Below, piece after piece: positions 1 to 12,960 of a stretch of 64,000 nt of DNA. Origin of the DNA: Octopus vulgaris (taxonomy: Eukaryota); NCBI GenBank assembly GCA_951406725.2, contig OX597815.1:36146001-36210000 (forward strand), read 5' to 3'. Each line of letters starts with the position of its first letter. Position 1 is the first letter of the stretch. Under the pieces are notes generated by a model. It saw only the letters and a program-made list of their open reading frames with translations. It did no database searches and was not told the DNA's origin. The translations under genes were made by a program, and so were the position numbers.

Positions 1-162
1 AATGCAAAAACAAATTATTTTATTTTTGACTACCATGATTTTAGTATGGTTTTATTAGCCGGACATCCTTCCCAATATCAGTCACTTTACAGCTTAGACT
101 GGATTCGTTTTATCATGCCATCAGTATTAAGAAGGTTGTCAGAACTGAAGTGTTTCCATTTG

Positions 163-358
163 ACGGGGCGAAATGCTTAGCGGTATTTCGTCTGCTGTTA
201 CGTTCTGAGTTCAAATTCTGTCGAGATCGACTTTGCCTTTCATCTTTTCGGGGCCGATAAATTAAGTACCAGTTACACACTGGGGTCGATATAATCAACT
301 TAATCTGTTTGTTTGTCCTCTCTGTGTTTAGCCCCTTGTGGGTAGTAAAGAAATAGGT
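163..358 (+). mobile_element. SINE family B
   Basis: Core GTTCTGAGTTCAAATTC..CGAGGTCGACTTTGCCTTTCATCC..GATAAATTAAGTACCAG; other copies at about 2559, 17061, 21826(-), 22730, 25181(-), 36500, 40730(-), 41884(-). Confidence 0.8.
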
Positions 359-924
359 ATCAAGTCCCCCCCCACCGAATTACAGGTCTTTTATTCGGGT
401 TGTCTTCAATTATGCTTTCTTTCTCCCAGAAGTAAAACTTTATCTGAAATAACAGAAACGTCACTCCAGCATGACACACAGTCTTAAGTAATTTTACTTA
501 TATTCACACATACATTCACATACACACAAATGCACACACATACACACATACCAGCAGAGAGAGTAACAAAGATTGGGAAAGTCAGTTCAAGTGGTTTATT
601 TGAAAGAATAACAATCCAGTGTGCAAGTGTTGTAAACGTTTACTAACAAGCCTGCATAAATCAGCTGTACCTGATCATGAGGAATGTTGAAAAAAGTTAG
701 AAATAGTGCGTTCTAATTTCAAACAAAGTCAAAGTAGTAAAGTGGAAAAACTTGAAATTAGATATAGTGTATAAATAGTATGTCAATATATCAGTATATC
801 ACTGAATTAAACCATGAAAATAAAAGCAGTGTACTTGAAAGTGTTAAGTTACATCCAACAAACTACACATGAATCTGATCACAATGTTGTTACTCTGGTT
901 TTGCTTGAAATATCAGAATCGAAA

Positions 925-1365
925 TTGAACCAATCCTATGACTGGCACCTGGCAGATGCCAGGACCCCTGGACTGGAGATACGTAAAAAGCACTATCCGA
1001 ATCGTGGCTGATGCCAGCGCCGCCTCGACTTGCTTCCGTGTCGGTGGCACGTAAAAAGCACCATCCGAATTGTGGCCGAAGCCAGTGCCACCTCGACTGG
1101 CTTCCGTGCCGGTGGCACGTAAAATGCACCAATCCGACCGTGGCCGATGCCAGCCTCGCCTGGCACCAGTGCAGGTGGCACGTAAAAAGCACCCACTACA
1201 CTCACGGAGTGGTTGGCTTTAGGAAGGGCATCCAGCTGTAGAAACATTGCCAGATAAGACCGGAGCCTGGTGCAGCCTTCTGGCTTCCCAGATCCCCGGT
1301 CGAACCGTCCAACCCATGCTAGCATGGAGAACGGACGTTAAATGATGATGATGATGATGATGATT
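925..1365 (+). mobile_element. RTE-3'UTR-related repeat (family C) with internal subrepeats and (ATG)n tail
   Basis: GGTGGCACGTAAAAAGCACC subrepeats; ends TCCAACCCATGCTAGCATGGA.AACGGACGTTAA(ATG)n. Copies at about 2095-2475, 5893-6200(-), 20770-21140, 28135-28318(-), 36740-37040, 52872-53165(-), 59020-59220(-). Confidence 0.8.
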
Positions 1366-1552
1366 ATTTGACCAGTTAAAAATTCAAAATATTTGTTAAC
1401 TGTCAAATCAATTGATATAATGTGAGGTATTTTTCCCACAAGTATCAAAGAGTACAGCCATTCATTTTAGGAATAATTCCGGTTGCCTCAGTGACTGGTG
1501 AAAGTTTATATATAAAGGAATTGAACAGCAGCAATTGAACAATAGCAATTGA

Positions 1553-1940
1553 ATGCAGGAGTGGCTGTGTGATAAGTAGCTTGCTTATCAACCACATGGT
1601 TCCCGGTTCATTCCCACTGCATGGCACCTTAGGCAAGTGTCTTCTACTATAGCCTCGGGCTGACCATGTGGATTTGGTAGATGGAAACTGAAGGAAGCCC
1701 ATCGTATATATGATGTGTGTGTATATGTTTGTGTGTCTGTGCTTGTCCCCCCCCAACATCGCTTAACAACCGATGCTGGTGTGTTTGCGTCCCCGTAACT
1801 TAGCGGTTCAACAAAAGAGACTGATAGAATAAGTACTAAGCTTACAAAGAATAACTCCTGGGGTTGATTTGCTCGACTAAAAGCGGTGCTTCAGTATGGC
1901 CACAGTCAAATGACTGAAACAAGTAAAAGAGTAAAGAGTA
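1553..1940 (+). mobile_element. tRNA-derived SINE family A
   Basis: Head GCAGGAGTGGCTGTGTG.TAAG...GGTTCA.TCCC (A/B boxes), internal (TG)n, tail CAGTCAAATGACTGAAACAAGTAAAAGAGT; more than 10 copies in the window. Confidence 0.85.
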
Positions 1941-3119
1941 ACAAATGACATTCATATAAATAATTGTATAAGACTTACATTAAACTAGGGATAAATGAAG
2001 CAAATAATATTAGTATTCAACATAATTCAGCATTTCAAGATTCATAGGTTGAAGGAGTCCCATAGATCTGTTGAGAATGTGATAATCTTTCTAGTGCTCG
2101 TGCTATGATAAAATGCACCAAGTGCACTCTGTAAAATGGTGAATGTTATGAAGAACATACAGTTGTAGAAACGAAGCCATGATGGAAATGTATGAGTGAG
2201 CCGTAGTTTCCAAGCCAATTAGGATGGCAGTAACTCCAAACAAGAACTAACTCAAATTGTAATGACCTGTCCAACCCATGCCAGTATGGAAAGCAGATTT
2301 TAAATAATGATGTTATTATTATGATGGCGTTAGGAAGGGCATCCAGCCGTAGAAACATTGCCAGATCAGACTGGGCCTGGTGCAGCCTTCTGGCTTCCCA
2401 GACCCCAGTTGAACCGTCCAACCCATGCTAGCATGGAAAGCAGATGCTAAATGATGATGATGATGATGATGATGTGCATGTGCGTGTGTGAGTGTGCACG
2501 TGCATGCACATGCATCATCATAATCATCATCATCACCATTGTTATTTTTATGTCCATAAAGCAGCAAGCTGGCAGAATCATAGCACACTGGGTGAAATGC
2601 TTAGTGGTATTTTATCTGTCATGATGTTCTGAGTTCAAATTCCACCGAGGTCGACTTTGCCTTTCATCCTTGATAAAATAAGTACCAGTTATACACTGGG
2701 GTTGATATAATCGACTAGCTCCCTTCCCCCAAAATTCTCAAGGCTTTGTGCCTAGAGTAGAAATAATTATTTTTATGTTCACATTCCTTATTCTTTGCTG
2801 GTATGAGTTGGACAGGTTGACATTGTCTGAAGTAGTTTTTATTCAAAATTACAGCCTTCCTAGACAAGCCAGAGAACCTCATTACACATGTGCATTTTAT
2901 GTAAGTAGGTGCTTTTCATAACACCAATCACTTTTCAGAATGAACTACACACACACACACATATGTATGTGTTGAATATGTGTGTATGTGCTTATGTATG
3001 CATATGTATGTGTATGGAATATATATATAGGGAGAGTTTACGAAAAAAACAAAAGACGAAGACAGGTGATGTACAAAACAAACAGATGTATTAGTATAAT
3101 GCTCAGGAATAGAAAAAGT

Positions 3120-3155
3120 CTTTTACGTTTCGAGCCTACGCTCTTCTACAGAAAG
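3120..3155 (-). ncRNA. Minimal Penelope-type hammerhead motif (variant core)
   Basis: Reverse complement reads CTTT-CTGTAGA-A-GAGC gtag GCTC-GAAACGTA-AAAG. Lies in a CpG-retaining insert (about 3030-3160) between microsatellites. Confidence 0.55.
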
Positions 3156-3314
3156 GGACATAAATGTATGTATGTGTATATATATGTGTGTGTGTGTGTG
3201 TGTATGTATATACACACGTATATATGTTGTCAATTTATCATATATCCAAAAAAGATGAACACTCTAAAGTATGGAGCAGTAAAGTATTAAAGTAACAAAG
3301 TTAATGTCTGGTCA

Positions 3315-3378
3315 TAGAGTGACCAATGGTTTTGCATCCATGAAGGCTGTAGCTTCACAGACGACTCATCAGACTCTA
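3315..3378 (-). ncRNA. Type-I hammerhead ribozyme with long stem II (G12 to A decayed)
   Basis: Reverse complement reads TAGAGT-CTGATGA-GTCGTCT GTGAAG ctacagc CTTCAT GGATGC-AAAA-CC att GG-TC-ACTCTA; all three stems pair. Confidence 0.7.
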
Positions 3379-3419
3379 ATCAGAAGACATTTTTAACTCT
3401 TCACCATTTGCTAGTCACT

Positions 3420-3700
3420 TGAATTAAGTAAGCAGTACAGGGAAGCATCATACCCAATGATTGGTGTAACAGGATCATTGTAAACTGTTACAAGGAAAAA
3501 GATGTATTAAAGACAGACAGTTATAGAGGGTGAAAATTATTGGATCATATTAGGGAGATTATGAAAAGGGTCATAATATAATCAGGAACCCTCTCGTTTG
3601 TTGTATATATCATATTAATGAAATGGATGCCATCTTGAAGCATGTTACTGCGTTAAAATATGTAGATGACATTAAGCTGTGTCTTGAGGTAAAAGGGAAT
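3420..3700 (+). mobile_element. Short LINE RT fragments
   Basis: Resembles 57265-57380 (IVNCYK..YRG.KLLD), followed by a YVDDIKL-like motif. Confidence 0.5.
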
Positions 3701-3819
3701 GGATCCTACAGAGGGTGATGGGGATAAATTTAACAGTTTGCATCAAAAGAATAGAAAACAATATCCTGTCCAAAAATGAAAGTATTTTAAAAAATTGAAA
3801 ATATATCAACTAGAAACTG

Positions 3820-4400
3820 ACTGGGAAATAACAGTTTACTCAAAGTAGCCACCCTCAGATTCCACCACTCTTCAAGATGGCTTTGGAACCTCGTGCATTT
3901 GTTCCTCACTGTGTCGCTGGGAAGATATTCAAACACCTCCTTGATCTTGGTCTCAAGCTCTGCATTGGTGTTTCAGGCAGAACAGTTGGTGTCTTTGTCA
4001 ACAATGCCCCACATAGAGTAATCCTTGGATTGGTAAAGTTATAGAAATTCTCCAATAAACACTTCTGACGTTTTTTATACAGGTATGGCTAGGAGCCAAA
4101 TCCTGGTGCCACACATATGGCCTTCCAGCAGCAACCCTCTCCAGCCAAGCTTTGACCACAGTCTCCAACAGCTTCACATAGTTATCTAAATTAAGTCTAA
4201 GACCCTATTCAAAGGTATGAGGGTGGCATGATGTCATCCTTACTGAAGATACACCCACAGACCATCACAACTTGGGAGACATTGGTTTTCATGATGTCCA
4301 TGTCCTGTCTTGCAGCCTCAACAATATTCATAGAGCATTGAGCAGCAGTCATGAGGCCAATATTTTGATACCCAGCATGAATCATCATGATACAGGTAAC
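3820..4400 (-). mobile_element. Tc1/mariner-superfamily transposase remnant
   Basis: Minus-strand fragments VMVCGCIFSKDDIMPP, GRPYVWHQDLAPSHT and DYSMWGIVDKDTN. Confidence 0.7.
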
Positions 4401-5199
4401 TCTTTTCAAATGACTTCAAGTCCTCCATGTCAGCTAACTTCTCAACTATATTGTAGCAGAAGTATGATTATCATTTGACTGTCTAGTCTTCAATACCCTG
4501 ATTTTGGCTCATACATGTATTTCTACAAGTGGTCACATGACCAGGTCATGTGATGGCATATACATTGATTGAGTCTTTCTGGCTTTATGCGGGCTATCCA
4601 ATCCCATTACATGACAGACCAGCCTAGCATGGGCAGATTTTGTTTGTTTGCTGGTGCCCCTAATCAGCTTTAAAAAGAGGAATCTTTCCTGCTATTCCTC
4701 AGTGAGGTGGGAAGCATGACTGAGTTCAGATCTCAACAGAGAGGAAATTTATTTCCCAAGTAGCTTTGATGCATTATGTCCGTTCCTGTGAATCATGTCA
4801 CATAAAAAAAATAATAAATCATGTCACATATTTGTTTCCTCTTCTATCAAGCACACATCACCAAGATCCAACAGCATGAGAAACCAATACGTATATTTTC
4901 TTCAGACAGTATTTTTCAAAATGTACCATTTACTGTACCTTTCATTAGGTAGTTGAATAGTGTGGCCATCAATTACAACTCGTGTTCTTGTATTTTTTTC
5001 TGCTGTTATACCTGACACATTTGGAATAAAGAAATTGTAATCTTATGAAGGTCAGAGCAAAGCTGCTCAGCCTTCTAAAACATCATTAATCTTTATGCTC
5101 TCTAATGCTAATGACTGTTCACCAATACGTCAAGCTGTCACTAAAAAAGAAAAGGAGACATTAAAAGAATCATTAAATTTAACCTGAACACCCTGTACA

Positions 5200-5890
5200 T
5201 TGTAGACCTTTTCTGCAATCTGACCAGATATAATGCAGCAATAGATAGCTGAATGGCAACGCAAGCTGGTGATAGGCAAATGGACCACCTTATATTCTAT
5301 ACATTTTGACAGGAAAAACCACGAAATTTTCCTACTTCCTCTACAACACAAACCTAAGGAATTCACTGGTGAACACGACCTGGACATTCTTGTCAACAGT
5401 GACCTACCATGGATGAACTACATTTCCAAAATTGTCATAAATGCAGACCATATCTTAGCATCACTCAGTAAGACTTTTGTCAACTACCAGCTATCTTTTT
5501 AAAGCTATCTATAATTATGACATATTCACACTTACAATTCGTATCTCCAGTTAAGAACCTCAGTCTTGTCCTGAATATCAGTCTACTGGAAGCTGTACAG
5601 AGATGTGCAACCAGACAAAATACTCTGTTACCATATCTTGAATGTCTTGTTTCTCTGGGCATTAACACACAAGTTTCAATGTCCAGCAACTGACTTGGTA
5701 GAAGTCCATGAGATTATCCACTTCTTTCCAACAACTTTGGCTACGTTTTTGAATCCAGTACTTCTGCTGTTCGTGGACATGATTATAAAATCAAAAGCAG
5801 CACAGCATCCCTGACTTTTGGAAATATTTTTCATGCTTAAAATTCTCAAAGCATGGACTAAACTACTCACATTAGTTGTTAGCTGTCAGG
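5200..5890 (+). mobile_element. Decayed CR1-type LINE 3' ORF2
   Basis: EHDLDILVNSDL.W..YI, LLEAVQRCATR, FFMLKILKAWTKL; homologous to 50880-51070. Confidence 0.7.
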
Positions 5891-6944
5891 ACATCATCAT
5901 CATCATCACTTAACATCCTCCTTCCATGCTGGCATGGGCTGGATGGTTCAACAGGAGCTGGCCAAGCAGGGGCCTGTGCTATGCTTCTGTGTCTGTTTTG
6001 GCATGGTTTTTATGGCTGGATGCCCTTCCTAACACCAACCACTCTGTTGAGTGGCTGAGTGCTTTTTTTTGTTGCACTCACACAGTCGAGGTCAGATTTG
6101 GCATGGTTTTTACAGCTGGATACCATTCCTAATGCCAACCACTTTACAATGTGGATTGGGTGCTTAAGTGGCATCTGCACTGGCAGGGTCACCAAGTGAC
6201 TTTGCAAGAAAAAAAGTCTTTGAGAGGGGAGGGGACATTGGAGGTGATCTTGTGTCAGATCCTGAAAGAATGTGACAGAGAGGCAGAAACAAATGTCTTG
6301 CTGTAGAGGAGGTCCATGGTTACCCAACCAGAGAGAGGAAGAGAAAAATAGCAAGAGTTAACAAGAATGCGGGCAGAAACAGTTACCTAGAGAGAGAGAG
6401 TGGGAGTTAACAAGAAAGAGGTATGCAGAGCCAAGAGTAAGGGAAGGGGGGGTGATCAAGAATGAAGACAGAAACAGGTTTGTTGCTGAAGGAGGGAGAG
6501 TGATCAAGAATGAGGGCAGAAATAGGTTTGTTGCTGCAGAGGAAATACATGATTACTCAGCCAGAGGGGAGAGTAAGGGAAAGAGAGAGAGTAGAAGACT
6601 GCAAAAGAATGGTAGCAAGTGCCAGGGTTTACTTGCAAGGAACAGGAATTAGGGCTTAGATGGGATAGCAGAGTAAGGAAGAGGGAGATGAATGGTGGCA
6701 GGTGCTGGGGAATGCAGTGACTGGTGAAAATCTGGGCATATAGAGGGGTGGGGTATCAATGATACAGTGAGCAGGGTAGCAAGGACAGGATTGAGGAGTG
6801 GAAGATAATCATAGTGTATGAAGAGGAAATGTGAGGAAGAGAAGAGAGGCAGTTTGGGAAGGAAGTGGAGATGTAGTTTGGTTTATTGGGGTAGAGTGTG
6901 TATAAGTTTTATTGTTATGTATGGGTGGAACACAATGCTTCAAG

Positions 6945-7590
6945 AATTGAGGTTCACTGATGTTGGCAGGTCTTCTCTAGAACCTCATATTGCCAGTCAT
7001 CTTGGTCCAGTGTCATTTTTTTCTGTGAGTCCCAACATCCTGAGATCAGTCCTCACCACTTCATCCCATGTCTTCCTAGGTTTTCCCTCTTCCACAGGTA
7101 CCATCTACTTTCAGTGACCTACACTTCTTTATACAACTGTCTTCATTCATACACATCATGTCCAAACCAATGTAGTCTCCTCTCTTGCATGCTGCATTTG
7201 ATGCCTCTTATGCCCAACTTTGATGTCTCTTATGCCCAACTCTAGTCTACACATGTCCTCTGCATTTAGAGCCCATGTTTACACTACCATGGAGTATAAC
7301 TGTTTGTACACAAGTATCATACAATCTACCTTTCACTCTGAGAGAGAGTCCTTTTGTTACAAACAGAGGTAGCAGCTCTTTGAACTTTCTCCATCCTATT
7401 CGTATTCTAGAAACAATACTTTCCGAGCATTATCCTGGGTAACAGAAACTATCTACTACCTCGAGAGAGTCTAAGTCTTGTGTGCTCTTAGTGCTTATTG
7501 TTCCTGTGCATCTATCACACATAAAGGTAACTTTATTTGTTAATCTACCTGTGATTCCAGTGCATCTCTTATGTGTCCATAGTTTTAAAA
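6945..7590 (-). mobile_element. RTE LINE fragment (same family)
   Basis: WTHKRCTGITGRLTNKVTFMCDRCTG...LEVVDSFCYPG; similar to 57960-58320. Confidence 0.85.
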
Positions 7591-8194
7591 TTCCATACTT
7601 CCCAAAATTCACCAACACTATTTCTGATATGCCTCTGCACACTTTCCTCTTAATGAGTTTTTTACTATTCACTTCTCTCTCTTGTGGTTTAATTGTGTAC
7701 AGTACATGCACTTTTGGTTTTCATTATCCTTTTTTTATTTGACTTATTGTTGACTTTTTTTATTTGACTTATTTGACTTTCTGTCCTATCTTTTACACTT
7801 TTCTGACAAGCAATAGATACAAGATCCTAATTGAGGGCTATTCAACATCTCTTGAGTTGGTGCTATGTGAAAATGCTCTAGCACATACTGTTAATAGGTT
7901 GGTGTTAAGGAAGGCAGCCAGCCATAGACACCAAGCCAAATGACACATATGAGAACTTTGTCATCAAGAGCGATTGTTCCTCATGAGAGGTGACTTGGAT
8001 CATAATAATCGGCCTCATACTAACCTGGAAAATACATCTGCATATATAGACACAGGTATGTATGTATGTGTGTGTTAGTGTAATATACATACGTACTCTC
8101 CTACACACATACTCACACAGACGTATGTATGTTACTTTCCAAAACTATCAGGTTCATAGTATTGTTTGTAATGTGGTGGCAGTGATGGTGAGAG

Positions 8195-8370
8195 TATATT
8201 GACGTGACAACAGCTGGCGCTGTTACTACGTCGCGTAGTCGGAGGTTCCCGGCTGAGAACTTACAACAATTAACTTCCTTATAAAACTGAACAAAAACCT
8301 ACTTGGCACTTATATCATTGCTCTAACTTCTTTGACAATTGATTAACTCGAACTTACCACCGCAGGTTTG
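8195..8370. promoter_or_regulatory. Candidate CpG-rich promoter / first exon
   Basis: Local CpG cluster in non-repetitive sequence, TGACGTGA (CRE-like), inverted repeat ACTACG-TCG-CGTAGT, possible donor CAG|GTTTGT at about 8366. Confidence 0.35.
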
Positions 8371-9419
8371 TCTCTCAACAACTTTTATTCTATAATTATC
8401 TATTATTAATATCGTTGTTAATGTATTCATTCAGTTATTGGTTTCTTAATTTTAAACATATAAGTAATATTATGTCTATTAAGTGTGTATATATATACTT
8501 TTTCACTGTGTATAAATTGTCTGACGGAGAACCTTACCTTAAATCAGACTTAAATAAAATTGTTTATATTTCTTAATTTATGTATATTTTCCCTATATTT
8601 TAGTTGCGTTGCATGTTATTAAATTCTTACTAAGTTATCGAACATGATATAAAACTTTGAAAACTTTCTGCAGATGCACAGTCTTATACATTTAAATACA
8701 GTCGGCGATTTATTTATGTATACCTAATGTACACACATCCGACATGCATATTGTTTGTAAATATATATAATAATACACGAAAAGGGTAACAAACAAAAGC
8801 AGTATTAGTTGGTGTCGTATTTTGTTTATAAAGTTTGAATATATATCATACATATTACATGCATACATACGCACATGGTATTTACATTCTTGTATATTTG
8901 GTTTATAGAATATCTCGACATCAAAGTCTCCCTCCCTCTCTCTCTATATATATACATATATATATACACACACATATATATACATACATACATGCGTTGA
9001 TACATGCTTACATGTTACGAAAAGGTGACTTGGTCGCAATAATTGGCTTAAGTCATAAGAACAGCTTTATTTTCATACTCGAGTAAAAATATTGAAAAAT
9101 GAAACCTTTCTTCTTTCCCTCCGTAGACAAACACTCATATATGCAAAATCTACAGTCTTCGCTCATTAATTTTGAAAGTTGTCATTTAAAATGTATAGGA
9201 ATTAAATAGGAAAACATGGGTAGGGTCCAACAAAAAGACTAGTAATATCGACTTGCAGCCTACAAATCCAATCAATCAATAGAATAGGGTTCGATGACAG
9301 ATTTCAAATAGTCACCATTTGAACCCAGTGTATATACAATATATTTACAAATGCTTAAAACTGTCCACGGTGTTAGTGACCTGATTTTATTGATCTCAAA
9401 GGAAACTTGAAGTGCAGAG

Positions 9420-9880
9420 TATCCGGGCTGCTACTTCGTCACCGAAAGACATTTCTGTAGTGTTAGGGCGATAAGGGTGAAGAGGCTATCAGAATCTGTT
9501 CTCCATTTCAGCCAGTGTCTCACATATTGGCGTTGTCACTAGTCGGTGCCAGGATTAGTGTATTAGTTCGAGAAATATGTGTTTCGTTATGGTATCTTTT
9601 ATCCGAATAGTTGTTGCATTTTTCGCAGGAGCCGAGATGACTTACGATCTTCCAACTTTTGGAATCGGTTGATGTTAACCATACTCAGTCCAATGAGGAA
9701 GTGCACCATACGAGCTCCAGGATCGTGTAACACTCATCGGGTGGTGGATTGATGAGGAGGTCTCTTACTTTTTGTGCTTTTCTGGCTTAAATAAGTAGTC
9801 TCCGAGGCAATATTTCGCGAGGAATTGGGTTCTAATCATGGAGATAAATTTCCATCTGATTGGGAAACTGGAGTTGCTTG
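9420..9880 (-). mobile_element. Decayed Ty3/Gypsy gag-like fragment
   Basis: Minus-strand peptides VRDLLINPPPDECYTIL, LEDRKSSRLLRKMQQLF, ILAPTSD and LAEMENR resemble the common Gypsy gag motif VRDLI..PP..YD.LK...LGDRKPSQLLRRMQQL. Confidence 0.65.
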
Positions 9881-10576
9881 AAATATGATGAAAATTAGCA
9901 TGTTAAAAAAAAAAAAAACAGTTAGAAAATTCGTAATTGTTATTATCGTTAAAAAAGTATGCTTCGAAAATTGCTGATAGGCTTGTAAGCAATGTGCTGG
10001 CTGATAGCACGGAAAAAAACTGTGCACACGTGCTGTTCAATCAGGGAAAAATGTCTATTCTAAAGTTTTTTGGGTCACCATTTGTAACTTACGGTGACAG
10101 CAAAACTTTCGAACATTGCGGAGAGATATATATAAAAAAATAAATAAATAATCTATGGTTATCCTTTTTGACTCCCTTCACACCAACGAAGGTAGATCTT
10201 TATCGATTTTGGTGATAGAAATGCAACAATTGCACAGTACGTGATTTGAGGATACAAGTTAATAAAAGCAATTCAAATAGTAAATGTAACCGATTTTTAA
10301 AGATCAGTTATTTTCGTGTTTTACAATGTCAATTTAACTATGTAAGAAGAAAATGTGTATGTGTGTGTGTGTATATATATGTATATGTCGTTTAAATAAT
10401 CTTTCATCATCGTCATTTCATGCCCGTCTTCTATGCTAAAATGGATTGGCTGGCCCAACTGGATCTGACAAATTGTAGGACTGCAGTGAGCTCCTGCTTT
10501 GGCATGGTATTTATAGCTGGATGTCCTTCTTAACACCAACCACTTTACAGAGTATACGGGGTGCCTTTTTTGTTGC

Positions 10577-10609
<33 letters not shown>

Positions 10610-11189
10610 TATATATTCTTGTTTTGCAAGTTGTCAAATAATGTTTTAGAATTATGCATTTTCATTATTGGGGCCTCACAAGTGTTCTTTGATCATGGTA
10701 CCAAAGTCGAAAAAGTAGAAGTGTATACATTCTCAAAACTAGGTGAAATAGATATTGTCAAAGGTTTCTCATTCAACTAACCATTTCGCATTATTTGAGA
10801 TATTTGAGAAAGAATTCATTCTCTTTCATTTTGTTGCATATTCAATGTCTGGATAAAAAGATTAGAAATTTCTGGTGCTGACAGAATGAAGCAAAGTAGA
10901 ATATTTGTCAAACAGCAATGTCATCACAAATATGTGAACAATACTCCAATACAGGTTACACTTGAACTTAGTCAATTAAAGCTGTTTCTTAGAAATGTAT
11001 GCAAATTGTGTCAAGCTGTTTCTTAGATATGTATGCAAATTATTGCTTTTAAATGTAAATAGGTTGTCAATAATTTTTACATGCAGATTACACTGTGGGA
11101 CATGCCCATCATCAGATGTTGAATAGAGATCATTGGAGATCATTCCAACAGTATATTCCCCCCAACAGTGTCAAACAGCATTCAAGTAA

Positions 11190-11640
11190 TCAGGAAATGT
11201 CTGGACTCTTTTGGTTCACATTGTAGCATTTTCCCTTATTTACTTGTACTTGTGGCGACATTCACCCTGGGCGGGTTGAGTCGGCTTCTTCTACCACCCT
11301 CGAGGCATCTCGAACCAAGGCAGCCCATGCATGACGGTCCTGTGCCAGTTCACTGGAGATAGCAAGCCAGTCACGGTTCCATCATCGCAGGCCGACCACC
11401 TAGTGTCCCGTGAGCACGGAGAGGTCCTCCTTAATCGTCGTAACCCAGGTCTTCAGCTGCCTGCCTGCGCGTTTCCGCCAGTTGGGAAGTGGAGTTGGGA
11501 GAAGGACATCACAGCTCAGTTCACCCACCAGACGCCTACATGCATGGCCAAACCACCGCAAGCGTCGTTGCAGAAGGACAGATGGAAGGGGCCACAGAAA
11601 ATTTTCCCTTCTATCATTCAAGCATCCATGCTATCAAACC
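11190..11640 (-). mobile_element. RTE-like LINE 3' fragment (different family)
   Basis: QRRLRWFGHACRR...WRKRAGRQLKTWVTTIKEDL. Confidence 0.75.
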
Positions 11641-11773
11641 AGAAGCAACTGTTGATGTTACATACAGTGTTACTATTACTTACTGTAGTGAATTATACAT
11701 TATATCATTCTTTGTTTTTATAACTAAACTGCTTGGATATTCTCAATTGATCTTAGTTAATCAAGTCACCATA

Positions 11774-12076
11774 TCTTTATATATAAAAGTGAAGTTGTGT
11801 GAGTGTCTGTCTCCTACGATTTAGATTCCTAACTACTCCCACATTTTGCGGTGCAGTTTAACCAAAACCGGGTATCTTATAGTCGTGATTCATATCGAGC
11901 CCTTCTGGGTATTAGCGCGCGTCTACGATGAGTCTACGATTTTAAAAATAAATTACCATAATTTTTTCCCATTTTTAATGCATTTTTTTGCTATTATTTA
12001 AGGGAAGTAACTCTCTAAAAATGCTTATATAGTTATTTCCCTTACAAACTTAAGCAACGCCGGGCGATACTGCTAG
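11774..12076 (+). mobile_element. Non-autonomous Helitron
   Basis: A|TC...GC-rich subterminal motif (GCAACGCCGGGCGATACTG)CTAG|T, no TSD; three copies in the window. Confidence 0.85.
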
Positions 12077-12625
12077 TAACATATATTATCGTCCAATGAA
12101 TACTCTGTTTTAATACTTACTGAAAATGTCTTTTTCACTCTTAGCTTTGGTCTTTGTTTCACATATCTCTGGTCACATCTGTGTTGAAGCATTTTATACT
12201 CTTATCTGCAGTTTATAAATCACTATTCTGCTAGTCCTTCTACATCCAGTTCCAACCAAACAGGACATCCTTGTCTTGTTACAAATCCACAACATTCACC
12301 TCTGCTAGAAGTACTGTGCACTGCCATCATTGTACCTCATGTACCTTTTTGAGTTCTTCATATTATAATTACTTTCTTTCATGTACCCACTTCATATTAT
12401 CTTCCACAATCAGACCATGCCTTAACTAGGCTTTGCCTCATTATTGTGATAAGGCTTGAGAACACGAAGACTTACTTTTGATTTGCCATCATTTTCTGGC
12501 CATTAGTACCATTCCTTTGCTTACACTCTTGCATTGCTTTTTCTGTGAAACTTTGATGTTAATCCACATTGCATTGGTGATGATGCATTGCTGTTTTAGT
12601 GTATTAGTAAGGATGTTCAAGACTT

Positions 12626-12960
12626 GGTTATGCCACTAGTCAGTTAAGGCGAGACAGTGTCACGTGACAACTTGCTGGGGCTGCCTGCTGGAGCCTATGC
12701 GGCAGGTATTTAAAGGGAGAAATTTGACAAGACAGTCAGTCACCGGTTGACACTCGCTGATGATACATCAAAGAGGCCAGGGAACAGAAGAAAGAAGACA
12801 TGCACCCAGCACCAGAGCTGAAGACACCTCCGAAAGCGGGGGGCGCCACGTCAAAAGGGTAGAGGAGTAGGGGCTGAAACCGGACGTGGTTCCTCCTGAT
12901 GATGTCTCGAGCTAACTGGATCCTATAAAGGAGCTGTTGTGGTAGCAGACCACAAAACAC
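12626..12960 (+). mobile_element. Possible short solo LTR / GC-rich insertion
   Basis: GC- and CpG-rich island with GTCACGTGAC, TATTTAAA, ending ...ACCACAAAACA; no clean TSD. Confidence 0.35.

Noticed and set aside
8990-10290. DNA transposon(s) with GGTGAC/GTCACC-containing ends around the gag relic
   Set aside because: Only weak partial inverted similarity and no convincing TSD; boundaries cannot be defined by eye.
10979-11041. Short direct duplications (also about 6451-6537, 7199-7240, 53456-53525)
   Set aside because: Ordinary slippage or tandem duplications with no further structure.
12810-12915. CTGAAGA..GAAA and GAAA..CTGATGA hammerhead-like words
   Set aside because: Stems I and II cannot be formed in the required order; probably chance matches in a GC-rich insert.
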